A stretch of 64,000 nucleotides of DNA from positions 248,001 to 312,000 of the forward strand of contig OX337231.1 of assembly GCA_946965045.2 (NCBI GenBank). Direction: 5' to 3'. Position numbers and translations under genes: made by a program. The first letter of the stretch is position 1. Each line of letters opens with the position of its first letter. Below are positions 42,720 to 55,252 of the stretch, piece by piece. Source of the DNA: Epithemia pelagica (Eukaryota > Protista > Bacillariophyta). Below the pieces are notes generated by a model, which was given only the letters and a program-made list of their open reading frames with translations, did not search any database and was not told the DNA's origin.

Positions 42720-45070
42720 TCCACCTACCTAATGCATTTTCTTTGTCTGTCAGTCGCAGATCCGCTGCCGAAAGTCGAAACCTGACGTGCTCGGTCGTTC
42801 AGGAGCCGTTGGCCGTGCAGGCGTCGCAGAGTTCAAAGCGCGTTCACTTTTTTGGAAGCAACCGAGGAAGCCCACCAAACAAAACAAAAAAGAGAGGAAA
42901 CAAAAAAGAGAGAGGAAACAACCGGCCAATCCCAGCAGGAGCATGGAATTCTCCTCTTTCTCCTGTTGAAAGCCACGTCAACTTCGTTCATTGCAACAAG
43001 GAATGGCCATTGAAATTGTGTTTGTCGTGTTTTGTGTGGTCCTGAGTTCCCACAATTTGACTTGGTGGTCCATGTGTCCCGGTCGCATTGCCTACAATTG
43101 GTCCATCAGTTTGCCGAAACGTGGATTGGCGATTGTTTTCTCTGTCGTAATGATCGCGTAACCATCCTAGCTGCCATCATGACACTACAGCTGGCCTGGG
43201 ATATGCGAATCCCTCCAAGTCTTTCACAATGAAAGCCATGGATGAGAAGGAACGGGCCAAACCCGCTGGATTTCGCAAGTATTGGCCGCTGTACGGTTTG
43301 GCCCAGTTTCTGGAGGCCTATGGCAAGTGTCTCGTAACGGCGGGAGCATGAACCAGAATTGAGACGGACTACAATTGGTTCGGTTGGTGGTCGGAAGAAT
43401 CCCCTTTTTCTCTTGATTTACATGTTATTTGCCTGCCTCAAGAGTGCTAAAGATTATTGATGAACGATCTTGCATGTGGCCCAGAATGGTTTGCACATCC
43501 TATTGAGTTCGTTGTACGTTTCCTTGTTGTCCGGTTTGGACCTGAACGGCACGACACAGGACACTTGGAGCTGTCTGGAAATTGGACGAAGAGCACGCCA
43601 CCACATCATCGAACAAGAAATCTCCCCTCAGATACGAGCTTCGTTTAACAAGAAATCTCTCGCGAGACGGGAGATTTCTTGTTTGATGATGCCGTGGCCT
43701 ATACTTTGTCCAATTTCCAGTCCGCGACTGGAGAAACATGCGTGAATGCGTGACGCCCGACAATGGCATTGATTTCATGAATCAATTTTTTACCGATACC
43801 GAGGTGGTGAGTACCGATATGGCTCAGGAGATTCGCGACAGAGTGGTTCTGATGCCTGCTACACCCGTCAAGAATTTAGAGCAGCCTTTGGTTCCACACT
43901 AAACTCCGTGGTTGCCTTCCGACGTGGAAACGGTTTGTTGGACGGCTGCCGCGGGTGCAATGGGAACTGCTGCCCTCGATGTTGCTGGTATTTAAGGAAC
44001 TACGGCAATCGAATCGTTCTCCAAACAAAAGAGAAAGGAAACAACCGGCCAAGCGCAGGAGGAGCATGGCATTTTCCTCTTTCTCCTCTTGCAAAATGCG
44101 TCGACTTCGTTCATTGCAACAAGGAATGACCATTGGAATTGTGTTTATCGTGTTGAATGTGGTCCTAAGGCTGGCCAATTTGCAACAACCAGGTGCGGCA
44201 AGAACTGGAAGATGAATCAATGCGATTGTTCGGTTGGTGGTGGTGGGAAGAATCCCCTTTTTCTCTTGATTTGATTGTTATTTGCCTAACTCAAGAGTGG
44301 ACATGGAATCTCCAAGATTCATTGACCAGTTTTCTGGATGGACAGGGTCACACTCGTCGTCGTTTGGTCGCCAATAACCACCTGTTTCCACCCAAGGGAA
44401 CGGAATTGACTCCCATTCAGAATCTGACAACGAACGGAGGGCTGAAACCGAAGAGCTGGTGCGATCTTGGATGTGGCCCAGAATGGTTTGCATATCGTTT
44501 TGGGTTTGTTGTACGTTTCCTTGTTGTCCGGTTTTGGACCTGGACAACACGACACAGGACGACATGGAGCTGTATGGAAAATGGATGAAGTTCACGCCAT
44601 GACATCGTCAAACAAGAGCAATCCCTCGAGAGACGGGAGATTTCTTGTTTGACGATGTCGTGGCGTGTACGTCGTCCAGCTTTCAGAGATCGTCTGGAGA
44701 TCTGCTGCCCTCAATGACAACAAGCAATGAGCTGGGAGGAAGAAGACGATGACACTGGTGGGGAGGACGAGGATTATCAGTACAATGACAGTGTTCAGGA
44801 ACGACGATCGATGATTGTGAATGAGTGCATGGAGTCGTTGGTGGTGGATAAAAAACGGTTCTGTAACAAGCACTGTTTTCCCATGACGGATGCCTTCTTT
44901 TGGGCACCCACGTTTGCGTTGCGACAGCTTCAACCGTGGTAACGTAACGCCTTGACTCCCCACATGGAATCAACCAAGCAGTTGGCAAAGTGGCTCGCCG
45001 AGTTGGTTTAGTGATTGTTGTGAGGAAATCAAGAGAACGCACACAAGATTCCGTATGGACAGAATGCACC
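42720..45070 (+). pseudogene. Patchwork of decayed fragments: GT15-like 5' end (about 42740-43040 and 44020-44200), GT15-like 3' end (about 43050-43350), HYR/EF gene pieces (about 43380-44010 and 44225-44700), lipase-GTPase 3' end (about 44725-45070)
   Basis: Direct sequence matches: ggaagaatcccc(t)tttctcttgattt at about 41700, 43395 and 44250; ERRSMIVNECMESLVVDK versus ERRSMIVDECMESLVMDK; NLTWWSMCPGRIAYNW. Confidence 0.85.
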
Positions 45071-45579
45071 AGACTTCATTAAAGTCTTCTTAGGATGATA
45101 ATACAACTTTTCAATAGCCATATTTGGTATCAGGAGTAATAGCGCAACAATCGTATCTGCAATGTTTGGCAACGAAGTTTTACGGAGGGATTCAGCGCCA
45201 GTACTTGTAGACGTTGAAGCGGAACAAAACCATTCACCCTTTTTCAGTTTGAGAGTAAAGACGACATAAACTGAAGATTCTGAGGGGAGCGTTGAGTACC
45301 TTGATAGAACTCAACAATGCAATCCTCCTCCTCCTTTTTCGTTCATCCTCATCTCTTGTTCTCGGTGCGACTGCTTGTCAGTCGCAAAACCGATCGCAGA
45401 TCTGCAAGACAGTTTGTGAAACCTGGCGTGCTCGGTCGTTGAGGAGCCGTTGGCCGTGCAGGCGCCACAGAGTGTTTCAAGCCTCGCAGTCACTTTTTGG
45501 AAAAAACCGAGGTACTTTTTGTTCCAACAAACACCAAAACAAAAAAGAGAGGAAGCAAACGGCCAAGCGCAGCTGGAGC

Positions 45580-46884
45580 ATGACATTCTCCTCTTTCTCC
45601 TCTTGCAACTTGCGTCGACTTCGTTCGTTGCAACAAGGAATCGTCATTGGAGCTGTGTTTGTGTTGAGTCTGGTCCTGATGCTGGCCAATTTGCAAGTTG
45701 CCCTTTCCTCCGTCTGCTTTCCTGGAAGTCACAACCAGTTGCGGCAAGAACCGGAAGATGAAGCCATGCGTGTCTTGTCTGCCAGGCACTTGACGACCAC
45801 ACACAACGACACCACGAACAGCAGTCTGGATACTACTGCTGCTTCCCCATCGATGATCCTCCAGGCATCTTCTCCTATGATTCGTTCCTCCTTTTCGGAA
45901 TTTGAACGACATGACGGTGTGGTGATTGCCACCAAATTGCATGGCATGCATCAATTGCATTTGTTGGAACAATCCCTCTGTTTGTTGCACCAAGCCTACA
46001 ACAATCGAGTCTTGTACGATATTGTCGTCTTTACCACCGAGCCACTCACACCCAAAGCTGTGGAATCGGTCCAATCCTTGGTCGCACCGGCCAAGTTGAC
46101 GGTCGTTGTCGACAATCGGGGATTGCAACAAGAAATCGCAGCCTTGTCGCCCATCCGTCGTGCCAAATTCTTGGAGCGTTGCAATGTTACCACACCGCAC
46201 AATTTGACGTGGTGGTCCAACTGTCCCGGTCGCATTGCCTACAATTGGCAAGCGGAATTTCGAGCCTGGCACTTGTGGACCCATTCCGCACTGGCCTCGT
46301 ACCACACCATGCTGTGGATGGATACCGATGGCTTTTGTACCAAGGTGTGGGATCGCGATCCCGTTGCCTTCTTTTTGCAACACAATTTGACCATTTTGTT
46401 GGACAATTTTCCGCAAGGACGCGCCAAGGGTCGTGAGGTGCAACGACGCATTTACGATTCCTTTCAACAATCCCTGTGTCGTGTCCGAGTACGAAATGGG
46501 ACACTGGTGAGCCATTTGGGTACCACACTCGACGACTGTCCCGACGCTCGCATTCCCTTGATTCATGGATTTTTTCACATTACCAATCTCGACTTTTATC
46601 GGAGTCCTACAGTCCAACACTTTGCGGAAACGTGGATTGGCGATTGTTTTCTCTGTCGCGACTATGACGATCAAGGGGGCGTCACCATTCCTGCCGCTGT
46701 CTTGACCCCGCACTTGGCATGGGGTATGCAGTCTCACAATTTGTCATTGCAAGTCTTTCACAATGCCGCCATGGATGGCAAGCAACGGGCCAAACCCTCC
46801 GATTTTCTCAAATATTGGTCCCAATTCGGTCCGACCCAGTTTCCGGAGGCCTATGGCAAGTGTCCCGTCACGGCGGGAGCATGA
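45580..46884 (+). CDS. GT15-like glycosyltransferase, paralog 3 (intact)
   Basis: The catalytic region is nearly identical to paralog 2. TM segment GIVIGAVFVLSLVLMLA. Likely ATG at 45580. Confidence 0.75.
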   Translation: MTFSSFSSCNLRRLRSLQQGIVIGAVFVLSLVLMLANLQVALSSVCFPGSHNQLRQEPEDEAMRVLSARHLTTTHNDTTNSSLDTTAASPSMILQASSPMIRSSFSEFERHDGVVIATKLHGMHQLHLLEQSLCLLHQAYNNRVLYDIVVFTTEPLTPKAVESVQSLVAPAKLTVVVDNRGLQQEIAALSPIRRAKFLERCNVTTPHNLTWWSNCPGRIAYNWQAEFRAWHLWTHSALASYHTMLWMDTDGFCTKVWDRDPVAFFLQHNLTILLDNFPQGRAKGREVQRRIYDSFQQSLCRVRVRNGTLVSHLGTTLDDCPDARIPLIHGFFHITNLDFYRSPTVQHFAETWIGDCFLCRDYDDQGGVTIPAAVLTPHLAWGMQSHNLSLQVFHNAAMDGKQRAKPSDFLKYWSQFGPTQFPEAYGKCPVTAGA

Positions 46885-47780
46885 ACAAGAATTCACACAA
46901 AGTACAACAATCTTGTTGTTTACAAAGAGACGACTAGTCGGAGAAGGGAACAAACTACAGAACTATGCAAGTGATGAGACGACTGTCCTGGTGGTATGCT
47001 CCGGTTCCTTTATTGTTTGGCGTCGAAAGCTTTGCGTCATGTTCGAACGCCCTACCTCTCTCACAACCGATTGGCAATGAAAAATCCTTTTGCTATTGTA
47101 CCAGTCCCTTCTCGGCAGAGGACATTCTCTGACACACAACTTTAACTTTGCTGCCATGACTCCAAATGTGATCTCTCACAGGAATACGACAATGAATCGC
47201 GTCCATCGAGAGAATACGTCTCACCCAGTTTCACGATAACCCAGCCTGTATGGTTTGTGTGCAGTCGCCAAACCATTGTCTTCCACTGGCAACTCGTCGT
47301 CATCCACTGCTTGGTGGGCATCGCGAGGAAGGGATTTGGTAGTGCTGTGGTGGCTAAGCGGATGGTGGACGCTGCAGCCACCGTCTGCATGCCACGGGAA
47401 TGGTCACACCCTAGTAATACCGACCGAGGACAGCTCCGACAACAAGTGGCGGTGCTTGCATGAGGACCGTTGTGGGAGTGGTCGGAGCACAAAATTGAGG
47501 TCTCGGTATCCAACTTCTGCCGTCCGTAACATTAAGAAGTAGAACACTCCACAGTGTGGCTGTTTCAACACTCTTGTCTAAAAGTTAGCTCGGTGGATGT
47601 TCCACGAGCCTATCGTGAGTCTTGGCCATTTATTCATACGTAAGTCATTAAACTGAAGGGTTTTCGTGGCGTTTTCAACAATCTTTCTCAATTTGAAAAC
47701 GCGAGGTGCTGTCGGAACAATGAAACATGATCATACAATAAACTCGCACACACGTGCGTAGAAACTGAGCAAGACGAAAC

Positions 47781-50700
47781 TTAACCACGAATTGTGTCAA
47801 TGTCATCCTTCGCGGGATATATGCCGAGTCTTTGTGCTTCTTTGCTGCGGCCGTCACTACACGACGAGAGGTCTTTAGCACCAACCGGGGTATCGTAGAT
47901 CATGAACCCGTCCACGCACGTTTCAACATCCATATAGGAATGTGCTTCCACGTTCCTGATTCGGTCACGAACGGTATCAACCGGCATTTCCCAATGCTGA
48001 AACGTATCACTTTTGTTACATTCGACGGTAGTAATGGCTTGCCAGTCGATGGTGTCCTGGGGGACCTGCATACACTTTTCATTCTCCATGTTCTTTAGCA
48101 TGAAGGTATCGGTACCGTCGTCACTGGTGAGAAGAATCATCTTCCACGATTGTCGATCAAAGTTTAAGGTTTCCGGGTCGTTACTGCGAGGCCGGAGAAC
48201 AACCTGGTTTTCGACGGAAGGTGACACGGCTACGTAAAAGCGCTTATTTTGTTCACCTTCTTTGCCATAGAAGAAGATCTTGACCACTGTGCCACGTCTA
48301 GGGACAACGGCAAAAGTTTTGGTGTAACGAGCCGTAAGGATTAAGCCAGCTGTGACGTCCCACGGGTTCGTTGCGGTCGTCGTGCTACTGTTTGTCACTT
48401 TTGCTGCCATTTGTTTCGCGAGATCAATGAAGAGCTTGAATTTAAACGTTCCGAGGTCCCAAAGAAACCTGTTAAACTCAGTAGAGTACCAAAAGTACAA
48501 CCCTGGTCTTGTACCTGAAGAATGATCCAGGACCTCAAACCCGCCTCCAATCAGCAAACCATCATAGCTCTGAAACCAATTTGTGATTGGGGCGGTTGAA
48601 AAGGTCATCTTACCAAGATGGCCTTCAAATATTTCCCACCACGATGCCTTCTTGCATGCTTCCGCGTCTACAAGCTTTTTGTTACTTTTATAGGCTTCCA
48701 GATATTTCGTTACCTCCTTATCAATCTTGAACCAGAATTGCGTACATTTGACAATGTCCCTGGTGATCTCCGCGTCAAAAGGGTTTGTTTGGACCTCTAA
48801 GTCGTCTAAACCAATCTGGTTGTCCGGAAGCGTCTCATAGCCTGCGTAATCCGTCTCCATGGTTGATTTGCTGCAACTACTGTACCTTTCATCGGTACTC
48901 CCAGTGCCATTGATGATGTCGACGATTTTCTTCAAATATTGGCAAGCACCTGACCTGGCTCCAGTCAAGTTGGTCTTCAATTCAAATTTATCGCCATCTT
49001 CCAACTGACATTTGTCGTCAAAGTAGGTCCATGCTTGTTGCCAGTCGATGTCGGTTTTGTTCTCCGGATTGAAAGGGTCCAGCTGCCGTGAAAGTTCAAG
49101 AGTTCTTTCCCACATCTTTCTCCAACCAGACCAAACACGGGTAAAACTGAACTTTCCATCAATGCTCGTCTGAATGGCAGGATACCATCTTCTTTCATAG
49201 TTGTGATGTGTCTCCTTCATGCCAAGCTTTAATATAAGGTTTGCTCCAAAGCGTAAAAGGCCTCCCATCGGTTGCGCTTCTTTTTCCTTCGTCTTCTCTC
49301 CCTCAAACCCAAATAGGTTTATCTTCCCACCGAGTTTATAACCCGAGACATCGAATCTGTCAGAATGAAAGCCATCAAAGACTTGAACAGGCACCGAAAC
49401 TAAGGTGGCGAATCTATCAGCCAGTTCAAAGTCGTACAAATATCCAAGCGCGTTCATTAGCGAAAGACGTCGTCGATTGTCGTCGAAAAGCGCTTCAATA
49501 TCCGCTATTTTGTCTTCGACGAAGTTGTTCAAAACATCCATTGCTTCTTCTGCATCTGCAAAATTAAACTGCTCGCAGACGTCAATGTCTATATCGCACG
49601 CATCGGGTGGCACTGCCAGACCCAGCGGTTCCATAACTTGGGACATGTTAATCGTGTGAACACCCCACTTTGCACACGATACTCCCCTGAGAAGATCTTC
49701 GACTAGCTCGTCCACGCCGTCGGACAGATTATACCAACTTTCGATCTTGTCCATCAAGTCGTCAATGGACGGCCAACCAAGCGAGGGGAGGACACAGGTG
49801 ATGTTGGTTCCGCAATCAACAATATCCGAGAGTTCAGCTGGCAGTATATTTGAGACAAATTTTTCATACAAATCCATCTCGAAGAGCGGTTCCAAATCGG
49901 GGACATCAGGAAGTGAGACGTTAATAGAGTCAAAGTCGGCCAAGGGAAGCAGATCGAGGCTGAACAACTCGTCGTCGCATTCACCAAGACGCTATCAATT
50001 ACGTCCATGACAGGTTGAAGAACACCAGAGACGATTTCGTCGATACCGTTCAAAACCGTCGACACTGAGTTCCAGTCGAAATGAGAAAAGAGACAGGTTT
50101 CTTTTAGGAACGAAATCAAAACCAAGGGTTCGTCACAATATCCATCATTTCAGGACGGTCGGCTTTTATAACATGTACAGGCATTCGACTTACCAATAGG
50201 AAGCTTGCTCAAGGAGCCTAGGACCTTACCGAATTCCGTCACGATATCTTCAATGCTCACCTCGAGGGTCCCAGGCGGCCAACAAATGCCGAGTATTTCT
50301 ACCTCGTCGCTTTTACACGAAACTTTACAACGCCCGTCGAACGATATCACCCATGTGGTATCGGCTGGCTTGGTCCGATGGCTACATCCGGCAGTCCTGA
50401 CTTCTCGATTCCTTACCTTGGTCCGTCGGCAAATCGCTTTGGAGGCAGAAATCGAAAATTTATCGTTGGGGTTGCATCTTTTCTCCAAACACTTTCCCAG
50501 AACAGCAACTTGGTCTGAGTCGCATTTTTTATAACATTTGAATGGGTTGAAACCCATAATCTCATAATTATTGGGACATCGAACGTCCCAATCCAAAAAA
50601 CCGTTGCGAGTGATCCGAAGGGGCCTTGTTTGTCGGTTGTCTTTTATGTTGTTGCAGTTTCCAGCCCAATGGTTTGTGTAGTTTCCCGCGTTGCATTTGA

Positions 50701-52940
50701 TTTTCATCTTTGGAGGTAAGGATAAGGGGACACGTTTCCAGTTTTCGCTATAAGCTTCCCAGCATAACGACTGAAAAATCATGTCTCTTGAAAATCCTGA
50801 ATCACATCTGGATCGCCTGCCACAACAGTAGTAATAACATTCCTGATTTATGAGAAAAATTCCAGACGTCATGGGACGTTTCTCAAGTGTACTTACCCTT
50901 CATCTATCATGGTATATGGTGAAGAAATCCAAGGAATCTCGACAGTTTCCGTGAGCAGGTTTCCGAGCCCATTGAACGGTGTAAATACAGTAAAGATATC
51001 CTCAAGAAACTTGACAACGGTCTATAGAACATTTTTCATCGTCTCGTACTCGTCAGTTCGTAACGCTTTAAGTAGTTTTTCCAGGGCCTTCACGAACGTT
51101 TCGACGTAGTCCACAAATGTCACGAGGGCAGTCTCAACACTGTCAAAGATGTCGACTCCAGTGAGACTGTCTAGCAAAGATGGGATACACGTAGAATTCT
51201 ACAGTGAGGCGAACGTATCGGATATGCCAAGGACAACACTCATGTCTCCTGTATCAAAACTATCGATGATAGATTCAAGGTGTCCAATCGAAGACGACCA
51301 GAGAGATCCCACGGAATCCTGGAAGCTGCTCAACTTATCTTTGATCCCTCCAATACCAGTATTGATGGGATTCATAAAATTCTTGACTGGTGTAAAGGAT
51401 GATCCGACGCTGGGAATCATTGTGGCAGCATCAGCCGCTGTGTAAATCGTGCTCACCATGGATTCCACATCCGTCATGGTGGCTTCACCGGACGCAATGC
51501 CCTCCAGAATGGGGTTGAAAACGTCCAACTTGTTGATCACTTTGTTGCCCTTATCCACAATTTTATCGGCCAACTCTTGCATCTTGTCAGCGGCGCATCG
51601 AAGATCCGTTGTACCCGGATCACACCCATCCAACGATGCCAATCGTCTCAAATGGCCTTCCAGAACTTGAATGTGACCATCAAGCCGGGCGGCAAAGTCA
51701 TTGGAGGGTCTTGATCCGCCATCTGATGCCTCTAGTAGTCGGCGTTGCCTTTCAATGTTCTGACGGATACTTTGAATCGTATCGTCAGGCACGGTCCTCA
51801 GATCGGGGTTGGCACGGCTTTGTCCAGAAATCAAGCGTCGCGAGCTTGATGGCAGTATCCAAGTCCCGTTAGGGCCTTCCGTTAAATTAGCGTTCCAGAG
51901 ATACTCTTTCATTTGTTCCAGCACGGAATTATTTGCTGCTGCAAATATTTCCCGCAGTTCAGCTTGCGCATCGTTGGGAAGCATCGTGATTGCAAATTCA
52001 ACAGCGTCCTTGTCAAGGCCTAGGTCCTCAATAGCTTGGTCAAACGTTACATTCTGCAAACCCAGATCCCTCAGATCATCAATGGCGTTCGTCATATTTC
52101 CTTCCGTCGTATTCACTAATGCGTTTAACTCATTCCATTCGACTTGCTCAATCGTGATATTCATTTCAGAGTCAATATGATATTGAAGGTCTGAATCATT
52201 CTGTGGAGTATGGGTAGTATTGGCGGTTAGGAGCAAAGTGACAAACCAAAGCCAGACAAGACACATCCAGTATCGTAACGGAGGGAGAAAAATCTTACCT
52301 CAATCACATATTCGGCAAAGTCTTCATCGATTCCAACAGTGTCATTCAGAGTGCCATACATGGTGTCGAGATCGGGCATTACCGTGCCGCTTTGCAGTTG
52401 TTGCAACGTGGAGATGAAGAAGCCTCTAATCACTTCGCCATAGTCTATGCCGGGTTCACGACACCGAGGCTCCATTAAACTCTCACAGCTATCGTCGCCA
52501 TAAATCGCGGCCATGGCTTGGATGACCTCCCACGACTCTTCCGTGTCGCTCAACAAGAACGTATCCATCCAATCCGTATCCGTATCGTTGGCGTCGGGGA
52601 ACATTAGGAGCACACGTTCCAGTACAGCGGCAACCACCTCGGTCGCATTCCCGGGTTCTCCTCCTGCGTCAAAAATGTCACGATGAATTTCTTCCAGAAA
52701 CAAATTTTTCAAGTCCATGTTGGAAATCGTAACTTCTTCGGGTGGTTGTTCCGTCACACGACGAAGATGTTCATGGTCGACCAAGGTGATCTCGTCAACA
52801 CCGTTGCGTAACGACTTGGTAGCATCAGCAGGCACAAAAACGTGGGAAGCCAGCAACAGGAGGGTCCACGGCCACAATAACATGATACTTGTGGCAATGG
52901 AACTCATGCGTGCAGGCTGGATCATTCCGACCGCCTTCAT
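47781..52940 (-). pseudogene. Large multi-exon secreted protein (helical region, Cys-rich region, C-terminal ricin-B-lectin-like domain) with in-frame stops and frameshifts
   Basis: Signal peptide (IMLLWPWTLLLLASHVFVPADA). Introns at 52201-52298 (phase 0), about 50843-50896, and 50065-50193 (phase 1). In-frame TAGs at 51199-51201 and 51022-51024, and a frameshift near 49975-49985. The C-terminal MLKNMENEKCMQV...TVEC...QHWEM...IRNVEAHSYMDV resembles ricin QxW repeats. Confidence 0.7.
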
Positions 52941-54289
52941 GGTCCTTATGATCTTCGGATGTCTCTGCCGTATTCCCAAACAAACAAGAAAAGAAATTAC
53001 TCGGCGTCTCGCAGAGAGAATGAGTATATTTGGTGTGTGAGAATGGATGATACCTCTCAACAACAAACTCCCAACAAAAATTGCAAGTAAAATACCTCGT
53101 CGTTGGCATCTTGACAATCTTGACTGTTATGTTCACAACTAATAATTGTACAACATACACCTCACATATACAGTATTACTTATTACTCTCTTCGTCTTCG
53201 TGCGACTTCGAATTTATTATTGCCTCATTCACTGTCCAGAGTCATTCCCTACCAGTACGAGTACCAGTACGCGTCTACGAGTAAAAGTACGAGTACTCTT
53301 AGGAGTAGAGACTAGAGTGAAGGTCGGCAAGCTACGATTGCGAATGGGATTTAAGTAAATTGCAGCTTTTTCGTGCTCGGTCTTTCGAAGTTTGGCACTA
53401 TGACTGAAGCTTGAGGCTCCTGGCTCCTGGTCATCAACCTGAATACTATGAATTGTGCGAACGTATAGGGAATCCTTCCATGTGACCCTTAACTGGTTGG
53501 GCAATATCAATTTCACTTCTTCACCCTCCCTACTCCAAACATCTTTCCTATACAGTCGATTGATTTGTGCATGAGTAATGAGTATAGTGCGTCGTATTGT
53601 TTCTTTGTTTCACTCTACTGCTCGGTTCGATATCGCAGAGATTCGAAAAATAATAATCCACCCTGCTAGAAAGATTGAGGCTCCACAGTAGAGCGCGTTT
53701 TGGAGGGCGATTTCCGATTGGAACGCAACAGGATCTGGTGTCGGCTTCTAAAAGAGGCTAGAAACGTAATCATCACCTACATCCTTCACGGCAACAAGGC
53801 CATATTGTGCATAACTTTTGATTCGACGAGTTGGATTTCTGGAACATAGTACATTCTATGTCTCTGCATTCTGCGTAAAGATCGACCATCGACCTACATT
53901 GCGACAAGACAAGAGCCGATAATCTACATCTCCTCTATAGCATCTACATAAGGTCTCTGCACATCTACCTATTAGATTGTGGCAAGGCAAGAGCCGATGT
54001 ACATTAGGAGTAGGAGTAGATTAATTTGTGCATGAGTGTAGTATTGTCTTGTTTCTTTGTTTCACTCTCTTTCTTCTACTTCTCTGCCGTATCTCTTCCA
54101 CCGAGATTGCAAAACTCCACTATCTTGTAAAGACTGAAGCTCTAGTTGTGGGCGTCTGGGGGTCACCACCACCAAAAGGAGGAGGAGGAGGGCGAGACTG
54201 TGGATGACGTTCGTCCAAGAAGCAACTGGATCTGTAATGTCAAGTCCTGAAAGAGGCCAGAAACGCACAATCATGTCCTAATTTGCAAC

Positions 54290-55155
54290 AGGCAATGTTT
54301 GGAGCTGCCGCTCGCAACGAAATTCGACAGAGAGATTCACAGCACCACACAGTTGTAACCGTTGAAGCTGAAAACACCTTTTGTACTTGAACCTTCCTTC
54401 AAAATCTGAGCAGAGTCTTCGTTATGAGAGATACAGTAACGACGACACTGCTCAAGATTTTGAGAAAATGGCGGACAACAGGTTCTTACCCCAGAGCAAA
54501 AAGGGTTTCTACCATTGTGCTCGGGGGAACCTCAAGGGGCAACTGGAAAGGCAACCAGCGGAGCAGCAACGGGAGATTCAACCACCTCAGTATAAGCGAA
54601 GGAGCAGCAAAAAATCCAACACCTTGATGAGCATGTCGACCAGAGAAGATGAAGGATTCATGGTGTTGGATTTTTGCGGCCGGTATCTGACCGCCAAAGT
54701 ACAGGCTAATATGCCCACAAGCGTGCCCGAATAATATTCCCCCCTCACTCTTTCGTCCGCATTCTTTGGTTGCACAGTCAAGTAAGCGCTATTGGTTCCT
54801 CTGTTCATCGTCCCTGGGGCACTCCAGAAAGGCCAACCACTTGAGCTGATACCCTCTTCGTCATGTATCAATTTGGAATGTAGTCGTTGAGAAGAAGCCT
54901 CATCTCTAGTGGGTCCTATTAAAAGAGAGAGAGAGAGCAGATGAAGATTGAAATCGATGGAGTTCTGCTGCTGCTAAGCGAAGGAGCAGAAATCCAACAC
55001 CTTGAATCTTCATCTACCAAGAATCGTATCTGCAAGGTTTGGAGCTGCAGCTCGCAACAAATTCGACAGAGGGATTCAGCGCCAGTAGAGTTGTAGACCT
55101 TGTAGCGGAAACACGACACGGCTAAAGATTCGGAGAAAAGGGAGGAGTACCTTGG
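54290..55155 (+). repeat. Dispersed ~100-bp repeat: copies at about 54290-54500 and 55022-55155, and a third at about 45149-45232
   Basis: tttggagctgc(c/a)gctcgcaac(g)aaattcgacagag(a/g)gattca is shared by the two copies here; agggattcagcgccagta is shared with 45186-45203. Confidence 0.75.
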
Positions 55156-55157
55156 TT

Positions 55158-55252
55158 ACCGTTGCAGTTCAGGACGTGAAACAGAGACAATAAAGAAGGA
55201 CAGAAAACGAAGATATTCAGTTTCTTTGTTTCACGTCCTGAAGTGCAACGGT
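55158..55252. repeat. 95-bp inverted repeat (26-bp arms, 1 mismatch): tiny MITE remnant or hairpin
   Basis: accgttgcagttcaggacgtgaaaca ... tgtttcacgtcctgaagtgcaacggt. Confidence 0.9.

Noticed and set aside
51022-51201. Stop-codon reassignment (TAG read as Gln), suggested by in-frame TAGs at Gln-plausible positions here and at 7038
   Set aside because: The same genes or neighbours also carry frameshifts and TGA lesions, and TAG is the apparent normal stop of the intact gene ending at 31584. Ordinary nonsense mutation is simpler.
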